Below, one piece after another: positions 9,082-19,110 of a stretch of DNA of 43,312 nucleotides. Positions within the stretch are counted from its first letter, which is position 1, and each line of letters opens with the position of its first letter. Where the stretch lies: NCBI GenBank assembly GCA_030427685.1, contig JAUIBB010000003.1:1-43312 (forward strand). Direction: 5' to 3'. Source of the stretch: Alphaproteobacteria bacterium (lineage in GTDB: Bacteria > Pseudomonadota > Alphaproteobacteria > Rickettsiales > UBA3002). A model generated the notes under the pieces. It saw only the letters and a list, made by a program, of their open reading frames with translations. It made no database searches and had not been told where the DNA came from. Made by a program: the position numbers and the translations under genes.

Positions 9082-9665
9082 TAAGCGGCCACCTCTTCTG
9101 GATCAACCCATGAAATATTGCCATCAACCCGGCGATAAACCACATTTGCACGGCCACTGCCTGCATTCAGGAACATCAGGGCAGGAAGATCGGCCAGGTC
9201 CATTTTCATGACAGCTTCGCTTACGGTAAGCGTCTGGATCGCAGTTGATTTCTCTGCCACGACAACAGGTGCGCCCTTCTCGTCCAGCTCTTCACTGTCC
9301 ATCTCAGGCTTCAGGATATATTTACGCGCATTCATCGCACGCAGGCTACTGCGGTCGTTGCCGTGATGGTCTTTCAAGCGACGCTTATAGCGACGCAGTT
9401 GTTTTTCGACCTTGGTGGCTGCATCCTCAAAGGCAGCGTAAATTTCATTCGCGCCCCCCTGGCTTTTAAGGATAAGCCCAGCATGGGTACCTGTGTTCGC
9501 GTGAATATCAACGCGGTACTGGTGATGCGCCTCTTTCGAGACCACAACATCCACGCTCACGATACGGTCGAGATACTTATTCAGCCCGTCTTGCAGGCGC
9601 TTCTCTACGTGTTGCTGGAATGCTTCGCCAAGATCGACATGCCGGCCGGAAATGTGAAACTGCAT
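9081..9665 (-). CDS. hpf: Ribosome hibernation promoting factor (long HPF)
   Basis: ISGRHVDLGEA, KVEKQLRRYKRRLKDHH, C-terminal LTVSEAVMKMDL...NVVYRRVDGNISWVDP. Confidence 0.94.
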   Translation of the reverse strand: MQFHISGRHVDLGEAFQQHVEKRLQDGLNKYLDRIVSVDVVVSKEAHHQYRVDIHANTGTHAGLILKSQGGANEIYAAFEDAATKVEKQLRRYKRRLKDHHGNDRSSLRAMNARKYILKPEMDSEELDEKGAPVVVAEKSTAIQTLTVSEAVMKMDLADLPALMFLNAGSGRANVVYRRVDGNISWVDPEEVAA

Positions 9666-9719
9666 AAATTCCTCTTTTCATTGGGAAGTTGAAGGTTGGG
9701 TAGAATTTTCTATCGTCTG

Positions 9720-9748
9720 ATTTTAGACCTTTTTCGGAGAATAGCCAA
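9720..9748 (-). promoter_or_regulatory. Putative sigma70 promoter of hpf-hprK-EIIA-HPr
   Basis: Minus strand TTGGCT-N17-TAAAAT. Confidence 0.5.
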
Positions 9749-9791
9749 GCGCTATCACGGAAGATAAATGGAAGTGCCCACTAAGATAGGG

Positions 9792-11015
9792 TTAGAGCTT
9801 TGGCAATTTAACCCCCAGCGCTTCAGACAAGCGATCGCTTTCACCGTAATAGGCCGCACGACGCAAGAAGCGCGGCATAATACCGCTCCATTTAAAGTCG
9901 CCCATCAGCCTGCCATCTGCGCCTTCACCTTTGCTCTGGAATGTGAAGAGATCCTGCATGCTGATAATGTCACCCTCCATGCCACAAATTTCGCTGACAT
10001 AGGTAATGCGGCGATGGCCATCGCGCATCCGGCTCACCTGGATAAAGAGGTTAATGGCAGAGGCAATCTGTGCTCGAATAGCCTGTATTGGCAAGTTCAG
10101 GTTTGCCATCACGATCATGTTTTCAAGCCGTGCAATAGCATCGCGCGGATGGTTTGCATGGATCGTTGTGAGCGAGCCTTCATGCCCTGTATTCATGGCC
10201 TGCATCATATCGAAGGCTTCTGATGAACGCACCTCACCGACGATAATGCGGTCTGGGCGCATCCGTAGTGCGTTTTTCATCAGGTCGCGCATGCTGACCT
10301 CATCTTCCTGATGCGGCTGGCGCATGGGACGGGTTTCAAGCCGCACCACATGCGGCTGCTGAAGCCGAAGCTCTGCCGCGTCCTCAATCGTCACCACCCG
10401 CTCATTCGGATCAATAAATTCAGAAATCGCATTAAGCAGGGTTGTTTTACCAGAGCCGGTACCGCCGGAAATCACCACATTCAAGCGACAACGGCCCACG
10501 ACTTTTAGTAGCTCTGAAAGCGCAAGCGACATGTTGCCTTGCGCAGCCATACGGTCGAGCGTAATGCCATGACGCGCAAATTTACGAATTGAAATGGTTG
10601 TCCCATCCACCGCAAGCGGGGGCGCAATGATATTAACCCGACTACCATCTGCCAGCCGTGCATCCAATAGAGGGCGACGGAGGTTTACACTTCGTCCGGC
10701 CTGCTGCGCAATCGCCTGCGCAATGCTGAATACGTCTGCATCGCTTGAGAACGTAATGCCCGTGCATTCAAGCCGCCCATCACGCTCGATATAAACGCTG
10801 CGCGTACCGTTGATGAGAATGTCGTTAATGGTATCATCTTCCAGCAGCGGCTTAAGCGGCGTTAGCGCCTCGATGGATTGTACCAGCAATGCGGCAAGAT
10901 CTGCTTCCGGTGTGAGAGGAACACCTGCTCCCTGCCCCTCTCCGGCAATCTGTTGGCGCAGCGCGCCAAGTTGAGATTCCAGAAGCGCCAGGCGCTGTGT
11001 AAGGTCATCGGTCAT
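9792..11015 (-). CDS. cpaF: CpaF/TadA family pilus-assembly ATPase
   Basis: DARLADGSRVN, Walker A GGTGSGKTT, TIEDAAELRLQQPHVVRLETR, ALRMRPDRIIVGEVR, AMNTGHEGS. Confidence 0.93.
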   Translation of the reverse strand: MTDDLTQRLALLESQLGALRQQIAGEGQGAGVPLTPEADLAALLVQSIEALTPLKPLLEDDTINDILINGTRSVYIERDGRLECTGITFSSDADVFSIAQAIAQQAGRSVNLRRPLLDARLADGSRVNIIAPPLAVDGTTISIRKFARHGITLDRMAAQGNMSLALSELLKVVGRCRLNVVISGGTGSGKTTLLNAISEFIDPNERVVTIEDAAELRLQQPHVVRLETRPMRQPHQEDEVSMRDLMKNALRMRPDRIIVGEVRSSEAFDMMQAMNTGHEGSLTTIHANHPRDAIARLENMIVMANLNLPIQAIRAQIASAINLFIQVSRMRDGHRRITYVSEICGMEGDIISMQDLFTFQSKGEGADGRLMGDFKWSGIMPRFLRRAAYYGESDRLSEALGVKLPKL

Positions 11016-11111
11016 GCGGTGAGTTTATACCGTTTCGAAGGTTGTTGGCGTGGCAAATCGCCATATTCCCCTCACCTGATGCCAGATTCAGAAGGAAACG
11101 CTGCTTTTCGG

Positions 11112-11154
11112 CCATACTTTTCGTTTTAGCGGAAAAACATGAAGCTTTCGTTAA
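11112..11154 (-). promoter_or_regulatory. CtrA-like promoter motif upstream of cpaF
   Basis: Minus strand TTAA-N7-TTCA, then CGCTAAA-N8-TATGG; near copy at 12135-12176. Confidence 0.45.
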
Positions 11155-11172
11155 GAGACTCGACTGCGCGAC

Positions 11173-12099
11173 TTAATTTCTTGGGATCCGCTTAAATGCC
11201 TCTTTCAGCAGCGCCTGGGGAAGGTGGCTTTGGCTAGCAAGGTCGCCAATATCCTCTTTTGCGATATCCTTCCCTTCCATCGCAGAATGGAGATTGACCT
11301 GATTCGTAGCCAGGAGCGTATGCAGGTGCTGCCTACCGGCCCGACTTTTGCTGTCGTTGAGGCCCTGATCGTGCATCAGCCGATCTACATTTTCTTCCAG
11401 CAAGTCCTCTTTCAGAGAAAATTGGTAACCATGCAGAGCCTTGCTAAAGCTTGCTTCGCTCATGTCCTGGCCATCGATACGGTGCCCCTTGACCGTTGCC
11501 GAAAACGCCTTCGTATGCTGTAGCAGCTGGTCTAGCGAGTATTTCTGGGCATCCTGACCATCATCCCGTACATACTGGCCATCAGGCTCACGGGTCACGG
11601 CATAATGCGAAACACCATCATTATACGCCACGATCAGCGGAATCCCGCCCGACGTTGCAATCGCAACCTCGGATTCTGCGTAGTGCAGCTTCTGCAGCAT
11701 CCCCCACAGCTCGGCTTCATTGGCACGCGTGAAGGTTTTGCTGGCGATGATGCGGTCGATTGCAGCCGTCGAGACACCCTCTTTCCGCATTCCCTCAAGA
11801 TAGGGCGAGGAAAGTCCATGCTTCAGCTCCTGATTGACAAGAGTAACCACAATATCGCGCTCACTACTGGGCTTACCATTGATGCAATAGGACTGCGCCT
11901 GCCTTAACCCCATCGCAAGTGTTGAAAGTGCATCGCGCAATGTCAGCTTTTCCGGAAAGCCCTCCATGGTTTTGTTCAGCGAGAAGGTCTGGCCATCCTC
12001 GTTCCGGCTGAGCGCCACCTTCACTTCCCCTCCAAGGGAAAGGGTAAATCCGGCAAAGTTCTGTTGCGCATCCAGCAATATATTGAGCGTCGGCTTCAT
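11173..12099 (-). CDS. Hypothetical protein (308 aa) with apparent internal duplication
   Basis: Long ORF with GAGGA SD filling the rpoN-cpaF gap; no known motif recognised. Confidence 0.8.
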   Translation of the reverse strand: MKPTLNILLDAQQNFAGFTLSLGGEVKVALSRNEDGQTFSLNKTMEGFPEKLTLRDALSTLAMGLRQAQSYCINGKPSSERDIVVTLVNQELKHGLSSPYLEGMRKEGVSTAAIDRIIASKTFTRANEAELWGMLQKLHYAESEVAIATSGGIPLIVAYNDGVSHYAVTREPDGQYVRDDGQDAQKYSLDQLLQHTKAFSATVKGHRIDGQDMSEASFSKALHGYQFSLKEDLLEENVDRLMHDQGLNDSKSRAGRQHLHTLLATNQVNLHSAMEGKDIAKEDIGDLASQSHLPQALLKEAFKRIPRN

Positions 12100-12181
12100 A
12101 CATCCTCATCCATAGGTCATGTTCTGAGAGCAGACCATAATGCGAAATTTAGCGCTGAATATGAAGCTTCTATGACAATTG

Positions 12182-13669
12182 CTACTGGCTGGCTTTTTGC
12201 CGCCGGCGAATCACCGATGAGGGAATGGACATTTCTTCGCGGTATTTCGTCACCGTGCGCCGAGCAACATCAATGTTGCGATCTTTCAATCGCTTCACGA
12301 TAGCGTCATCCGAAAGAATTTCTTTTGCGGTCTCGTTGGCGACCAGCTCTTTGATATAGTACATCACGGTTTTACTGGAGAAATCGGTCGCACCACCCGA
12401 GGCATTGATGGACGAAGTAAAGAAAAATTTCAGCTCCAGCGTACCGCGCGGTGTCGCCATGTATTTAGAAGTTGTCACCCGGCTGATGGTGGATTCATGC
12501 ATTCCGACGGCGGCAGCAATATCCTTCAGCACCAGCGGCTTCAGGAAGCGGATGCCATGCTTCAGAAATTTATCCTGCTGCGTAACAATTTCCGTTGCCA
12601 CTTTGAGGATGGTATTGGCGCGTTGGTCAAGTGCCCGAATCAACCAACTGGCATTGGCCAGTTGCTCGGTCATGTATTTTTTAGCCTCTTTATCGTCGCT
12701 GCGCGCCTTCACGTCGGCTGCATAGCGCTTATTGATAAGGACGCGCGGCAGGGCGTCTGGATTCAGCTCTAAATGCCAACCTTCTTTTGCACGACGGACA
12801 ATAACATCCGGGATGACCGTTTGCGCATCTTCTGCCGCAAAGCCCATTGCCGGCTTGGGGTTGCAGCGACGGATATCAGCAAGGATCTGCGTAAAATCTT
12901 CCGCATCGACGCCACATTTTTTTTGCAGCTCCTTTAATTTTCCTTCTGCCATCATGTCGAGATTATCGAGAAAAATATCAATGACCGGATCAAGCCGATT
13001 CATATCCTCAAGTTGCAGACGCAGGCACTCTGCCAACGATCGCGCGAATACACCGGCAGGTTCCATTTGTTGAAGGCGGACAAGAACAGCTTCGATTTCA
13101 ATTGCTTCCAGCCCAAGAGTTTTCGCGAGGGCGGCGATATCTTCACGCAAATACCCTGCATCATCGAGCAGATCGGTGAGCTGTTCCGCGATGCGTTGCT
13201 CCACCGGATCCACGATATCCATATGAATCTGGGCGATAAGGTGCTCCCGCAGGGTTTGTTCGCGCGCGCTGGCACCTTCAATTCCGTAGCCTTCTTCGTT
13301 TTCATAGCCTCCGGTTGCGCCATGCGCGCCTGCGCTCACCTCGCCAATACCAACAGAGTCTCCTTGCGTCCATTCTTCACCAAAGGCTTCATCCTCCAGC
13401 GATTCTGCGACGGAATAGTCTTTATCAGAAACATCAATTTCGCGTGCTTCTTCGCTCGGGTTTTCTGGGCTGGCTTGTGACTCAGCATTTTCTTCCGGGT
13501 TATCCGGCTCACTTTCTTCTTTGGTAAGGAGCGGATTTTTTTCCAGTTCTTCGTCGATATATTCCTGAAGCTCGATGGCCGAGAGCTGCAACAGTTTGAT
13601 CGACTGCTGTAGCTGCTGTGTCATCACCAATTGCTGGGATTGACGAATTTCCTGTTTAAGACCGACCAT
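12182..13669 (-). CDS. rpoN: RNA polymerase sigma-54 factor
   Basis: QQLVMTQQLQQSIKLLQL, MHESTISRVT, RpoN box ARRTVTKYRE. Confidence 0.98.
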   Translation of the reverse strand: MVGLKQEIRQSQQLVMTQQLQQSIKLLQLSAIELQEYIDEELEKNPLLTKEESEPDNPEENAESQASPENPSEEAREIDVSDKDYSVAESLEDEAFGEEWTQGDSVGIGEVSAGAHGATGGYENEEGYGIEGASAREQTLREHLIAQIHMDIVDPVEQRIAEQLTDLLDDAGYLREDIAALAKTLGLEAIEIEAVLVRLQQMEPAGVFARSLAECLRLQLEDMNRLDPVIDIFLDNLDMMAEGKLKELQKKCGVDAEDFTQILADIRRCNPKPAMGFAAEDAQTVIPDVIVRRAKEGWHLELNPDALPRVLINKRYAADVKARSDDKEAKKYMTEQLANASWLIRALDQRANTILKVATEIVTQQDKFLKHGIRFLKPLVLKDIAAAVGMHESTISRVTTSKYMATPRGTLELKFFFTSSINASGGATDFSSKTVMYYIKELVANETAKEILSDDAIVKRLKDRNIDVARRTVTKYREEMSIPSSVIRRRQKASQ

Positions 13670-13675
13670 AGAAAA

Positions 13676-13704
13676 ACGGTAGCGTAATTTACGCTCAGAC
13701 TCAA
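13676..13704 (-). promoter_or_regulatory. Putative sigma70 promoter giving leaderless rpoN mRNA
   Basis: Minus strand TTGAGT-N17-TACCGT-N6-ATG; no SD; palindrome in the spacer and GANTC over the -35. Confidence 0.5.
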
Positions 13705-13731
13705 GCTGCCATGCGCATGTATTAACGAAAA

Positions 13732-14724
13732 TTACAGACTAAAACGATCGCCCAAATAGACCCGTCGGACTTCTTCATTATTGACGATATCGGAAGGGCT
13801 ACCCTCCATCAGCACCGTGCCATCATGAATGATGTAGGCGCGCTCGATAACATCGAGTGTTTCGCGTACGTTGTGGTCTGTAATCAACACGCCGATGCCA
13901 CGATCTTTCAGGTGTTTTACCAGATCCCGCACATCAGAAATGGCGATCGGGTCAATCCCCGCCAGCGGCTCATCAAGCAGGATGAACGAAGGCATTCCTG
14001 CCAGAGCGCGGGCAATCTCTGCCCGGCGGCGCTCGCCACCGGATAGCGACAATGCCGGAGAATTACGCAAATGCGTGATAGAAAATTCCGCCAGAAGCTC
14101 GTCACACATTGCTTCCCGCCGCGCGACATCGGTCACGCTCACTTCCAGCACCGCCTTAATGTTCTGCTCAACCGTCAATCCGCGAAAAATGCTGGCCTCT
14201 TGGGGCAGGTAGCCGATGCCCAGCCGCGCACGGCGGTACATAGGCAATTTGGTGATATCGGCCCCATCCAGATAGATACTGCCATAGTCTGGCTTCACCA
14301 GCCCTGTAATCATATAAAAGCAGGTGGTTTTTCCGGCACCGTTAGGGCCAAGGAGGCCAACAGCCTCGCCACGCTGTAGTGAGAGCGAAACATTTCGCAC
14401 CACGGGACGCTTGGCGTATTGCTTTCCAAGATTTTTAACCGAAAGCCCCGAGTTTTTTTCAACCAGCAGAGGCTTTTTAGGCTCGGGCTTTGCGGTTGCC
14501 GGCAAGGACAACACCTTTGCTTCAGGCTCGGCGGGGGCTTCTGAGACTTCAGTCTCTGCCGTTACACTTTCTGGCTTTTCGCCCGGCGTAAGCGACATAA
14601 TATCATGCGTGTTTTTTATTTTCGCTGCGCCCTCAGGGGCTTCATCAACAGACTTCGCAGCTGCTTTTTTGGGGGGCTTCACCAACCAGCCCTTGCCCAG
14701 GCCTTTATCTTTATCATCTACCAT
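13732..14724 (-). CDS. lptB: LPS export ABC transporter ATP-binding protein
   Basis: GPNGAGKTT, IGYLPQEASIFR, LSGGERRR, GVLITDHNVRETL; ~90-aa N-terminal extension. Confidence 0.96.
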   Translation of the reverse strand: MVDDKDKGLGKGWLVKPPKKAAAKSVDEAPEGAAKIKNTHDIMSLTPGEKPESVTAETEVSEAPAEPEAKVLSLPATAKPEPKKPLLVEKNSGLSVKNLGKQYAKRPVVRNVSLSLQRGEAVGLLGPNGAGKTTCFYMITGLVKPDYGSIYLDGADITKLPMYRRARLGIGYLPQEASIFRGLTVEQNIKAVLEVSVTDVARREAMCDELLAEFSITHLRNSPALSLSGGERRRAEIARALAGMPSFILLDEPLAGIDPIAISDVRDLVKHLKDRGIGVLITDHNVRETLDVIERAYIIHDGTVLMEGSPSDIVNNEEVRRVYLGDRFSL

Positions 14725-14727
14725 GCG

Positions 14728-15363
14728 CTAAGGTACCTTCTGTTCGCTCGACGGCGTATCGGGTGTTTTTTTGACCACCGCAGGCTTAGTCTTTTCGGCT
14801 GATTTGGGAACGAACAGGCCACGTACACGTGCTGGTTTTCCACCGACCACTGCGCCATTTCCTGAGGTCAGCACACTGCGCCCGGTGGCCATATTGTAAA
14901 TTAAATGCGTGCCTTTGAGGATGTTACCTTCACGCGTTAGCGTCACGTTAGGCCCGGTCAGGTCGATGGTATCATCATCCACATGATAGACAGCCAATGT
15001 GCCACGCGCTGCTTCTCCCGGCGTGGTAAAAACCACATCTCCCTCAGCGTCGATGCGTGAAATTCCCTGCGCACCAGAGGCATCTGGCGTAGCGGCACCC
15101 GCTGAAGCGTCACGATAGTAAACAGTCATTTTATGTGAACGCATATTGGTTGTGCCCTGCGTAGCAATCACATTCCCTGTAAAAATGGCCTTGTGCTCGT
15201 TCTGCAGCACATCCAGCTTATCCGAGGAGATGTTGATTGGCTGCTCTTTTGCCAACGGCGCTGCCGCAGGCTGCTTCGCTGCGGCAGGAGGCATTTTTTC
15301 TGCCTGCGCCTGCATTCCCAGCATTGCCGTTACCAGCAAGGCAATCCATGTTTTTTTCATCAT
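14728..15363 (-). CDS. lptA: LPS transport periplasmic protein LptA (OstA family)
   Basis: Signal peptide MMKKTWIALLVTAML..., PINISSDKLDV, FTGNVIATQG, RVRGLFVP; between lptC and lptB. Confidence 0.88.
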   Translation of the reverse strand: MMKKTWIALLVTAMLGMQAQAEKMPPAAAKQPAAAPLAKEQPINISSDKLDVLQNEHKAIFTGNVIATQGTTNMRSHKMTVYYRDASAGAATPDASGAQGISRIDAEGDVVFTTPGEAARGTLAVYHVDDDTIDLTGPNVTLTREGNILKGTHLIYNMATGRSVLTSGNGAVVGGKPARVRGLFVPKSAEKTKPAVVKKTPDTPSSEQKVP

Positions 15364-15367
15364 CGCA

Positions 15368-16057
15368 TCACTTCTTTTTCCGGTCGATATGCACACGCAC
15401 GGGCTCATCCTCGCCAGTGAAGATAATATGGCTGCCATTATCTATGATTTCAAAGCCACTGGCAAGTATGTTACCCAGCGGCCCACGCCCTGAAACCGGC
15501 TCATTTCCAACGACACGGCTTGTTTTTGCATCCACCGTTGCCTGTTGTGACAAGAAGCTATAGCCCTGATCGTCGGTGAGGGTGACATTGCCTGTCAGCT
15601 CAATTATTTTGGTTTCCTGATGGTAATTTGCACGGTCTGACGTCAGGTGTCGCCAGCCGCCTTTCAGGGTATTTAGCTCGGCATCCACCTGTTCGATCAG
15701 AATACGGTTTTGCGTTTCCTGCGTGGCACGGATGCCACGGACAGTGTACTGCTCGCCCCGGTCATTAATACCCCGATATTTAGGGCGGCTCATTACCGGA
15801 CGCGCCGCATCCTTTGATTTATGCACGCCATTATCAATAAAGGAAACCCGAATGCCTGAGCGATCTTTACTCAGCAGCGGCACCCCGATCAATGCAACCA
15901 CCAGCCCCAAGACCAGCAGGGCCAGAAACATTTTGCTCAGCAGCACAAAATGCGTGTAGCGCCCTAAGGCAGAAATAAGGTGATCAACTTCTGTTACCGC
16001 CCAATTTGCGGAAAGCCCCTTTTTTTGTGGAGGCGGCGGTGCGTCTTCAGCGCCCAT
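15368..16057 (-). CDS. lptC: LPS export protein LptC
   Basis: Single N-terminal TM then MSRPKYRG, LTGNVTLTDDQGY, GPLGNILASGF; kdsD-lptC-lptA-lptB synteny. Confidence 0.85.
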   Translation of the reverse strand: MGAEDAPPPPQKKGLSANWAVTEVDHLISALGRYTHFVLLSKMFLALLVLGLVVALIGVPLLSKDRSGIRVSFIDNGVHKSKDAARPVMSRPKYRGINDRGEQYTVRGIRATQETQNRILIEQVDAELNTLKGGWRHLTSDRANYHQETKIIELTGNVTLTDDQGYSFLSQQATVDAKTSRVVGNEPVSGRGPLGNILASGFEIIDNGSHIIFTGEDEPVRVHIDRKKK

Positions 16058-16059
16058 AC

Positions 16060-17040
16060 TTACATTACCCCTGCACGCAGGCAGTCATGGATATGCAAGA
16101 TACCCACGGGTTTTTTATCTGCCACCACAAACAGGCAGGTGATGGATTTGCTGTTCATGATCGACAGCGCTTCTGCTGCCAGAGTATCTGGCTGAATGGT
16201 AATGGGCGTGCGGTTCATGACATCAGCCGCCCGCTGATCCATCAGCCCGTCGCCCATGTTACGGCGCAAATCACCATCGGTAATAATGCCGGCCAACTCC
16301 CCTGCTGCATCCACGACTCCGGCACAGCCAAAACGCTTGGCAGTCATGGTCAGGATGGCCTCCTGCATTTTCAGCGTATCCGCTACAAGCGGAAGCTCTT
16401 CTTCGCCATGCATCAGGTTCGCGACACGTAGGAATTGGGTGCCAAGCTTGCCGCCAGGGTGATATGTCCCAAAATTCTCGCGTGAAAAGCCTTTATACTC
16501 CATCAGCGCCACGGCCAACGCGTCACCAAACGCCAGCATCATCGTGGTAGAGGTCGTTGGCGCACCAACGGGTGATGCCTCCGGCACCTCGGGCAGCACA
16601 ATGGCAATGTCCGCAGCCTCAACCAGGAGCGAGGTTTTACGGCGCACCAACGCCACCAATGTCACCGAAAAGCGGCGCGTATAGGCGATAACATCGCGCA
16701 GCTCATGCGTTTCACCGGAATTGGAAAGGCACAGCACCAGATCATCCGGCGTAATCATGCCAAGGTCCCCATGGCTGGCTTCAGACGGATGCACAAAGTA
16801 AGCGGGCGTGCCTGTTGAAGCGAGGGTCGCCGCAATCTTACGGCCAATATGCCCCGATTTTCCCATACCGCTGATGATCACGCGCCCCTTCAGCCCGGCA
16901 ATTTTCTCGACCAGCGTAATAAAACGATCATCCAGCGCCGCGGCGATGGCGTTCAGCCCCTCGACCTCACGCGCGATGGTATCACGGGCAACGGCTAGCA
17001 ATTGGTCGGCCGGAGGTATGTTCTGTGCGTTTTTGATCAT
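16060..17040 (-). CDS. kdsD: Arabinose-5-phosphate isomerase (KpsF/GutQ family)
   Basis: GMGKSGHIG, HPSEASHGDLG, APTTSTT, HPGGKLG, two CBS domains. Confidence 0.95.
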   Translation of the reverse strand: MIKNAQNIPPADQLLAVARDTIAREVEGLNAIAAALDDRFITLVEKIAGLKGRVIISGMGKSGHIGRKIAATLASTGTPAYFVHPSEASHGDLGMITPDDLVLCLSNSGETHELRDVIAYTRRFSVTLVALVRRKTSLLVEAADIAIVLPEVPEASPVGAPTTSTTMMLAFGDALAVALMEYKGFSRENFGTYHPGGKLGTQFLRVANLMHGEEELPLVADTLKMQEAILTMTAKRFGCAGVVDAAGELAGIITDGDLRRNMGDGLMDQRAADVMNRTPITIQPDTLAAEALSIMNSKSITCLFVVADKKPVGILHIHDCLRAGVM

Positions 17041-17042
17041 GA

Positions 17043-17654
17043 TTAATGCGCAAAAATATCAATTTCCGGCCATCCGACGAGGTCAAGCTCGGCACGGGCT
17101 GGAAGGAAGTCAAAACAGGCTTGTGCCAGCTCTGTTCGCCCCTCACGCGCCAGCATCACGTTCAGCTTTTCGCGTAGCTGGTGAAGGTAGCGCACGTCTG
17201 AGGCCGCATATTCCTGCTGCTCAGGCGTTAAAGTTACCTGCCCCCAATCTGAGCTTTGCTGCTGTTTGGAGACATCTACCTGAATCAACTCGCGGCATAG
17301 CTCCTTAAAACCGTGACGGTCAGTGAAGGTACGTGTCAGACGTGAAGCAATCTTGGTACAGTAAACAGGCCCGGCCACAACCCCCAAATAACGTTTGATG
17401 ATGGCCACATCAAACCGGGCAAAATGGTAGAGCTTTGTCTTACTTGGGTCTGCCAATAGTTTCTTCAGATTGGGCGCATCGTACTGGCCGGGCAGAAACT
17501 GCACCAGATGCTCGTCCCCTTCTCCGTCGGAAAGCTGGATCAGGCATAGGCGGTCACGGTGATTGTTGAGCCCCATGGCTTCCGTATCAACGGCGATATC
17601 GCCCTTAAACGTAACCGATGCCGGTAAATCACCAATATGAAAATGGATTGCGAT
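17043..17654 (-). CDS. rnd: Ribonuclease D-like 3'-5' exonuclease (DEDDy), apparent ATC start
   Basis: AVDTEAMGL, DRLCLIQL, HFARFD, CTKIASRL, SKQQQSSDWG, YAASDV; frame extended 26 codons past ATG 17576 to ATC 17654 after GAGGAGG. Confidence 0.88.
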   Translation of the reverse strand: MAIHFHIGDLPASVTFKGDIAVDTEAMGLNNHRDRLCLIQLSDGEGDEHLVQFLPGQYDAPNLKKLLADPSKTKLYHFARFDVAIIKRYLGVVAGPVYCTKIASRLTRTFTDRHGFKELCRELIQVDVSKQQQSSDWGQVTLTPEQQEYAASDVRYLHQLREKLNVMLAREGRTELAQACFDFLPARAELDLVGWPEIDIFAH

Positions 17655-17766
17655 GGTCGCCTCCTCTGGTTGGTCACCCTAAGCAGCAAGGCTACCGGAT
17701 GACACACTCTTTTAAACTTGCGGCAGACTGCCACAGCAGTCGGGCAATCACAAACAATTTTCACCG

Positions 17767-19047
<1,281 letters not shown>

Positions 19048-19110
19048 TTATGAAACAACCGTCCCCGACTGTTTAAGAGCAGCGAGAATAGGCGTCAAGT
19101 GCGCGTGCAC

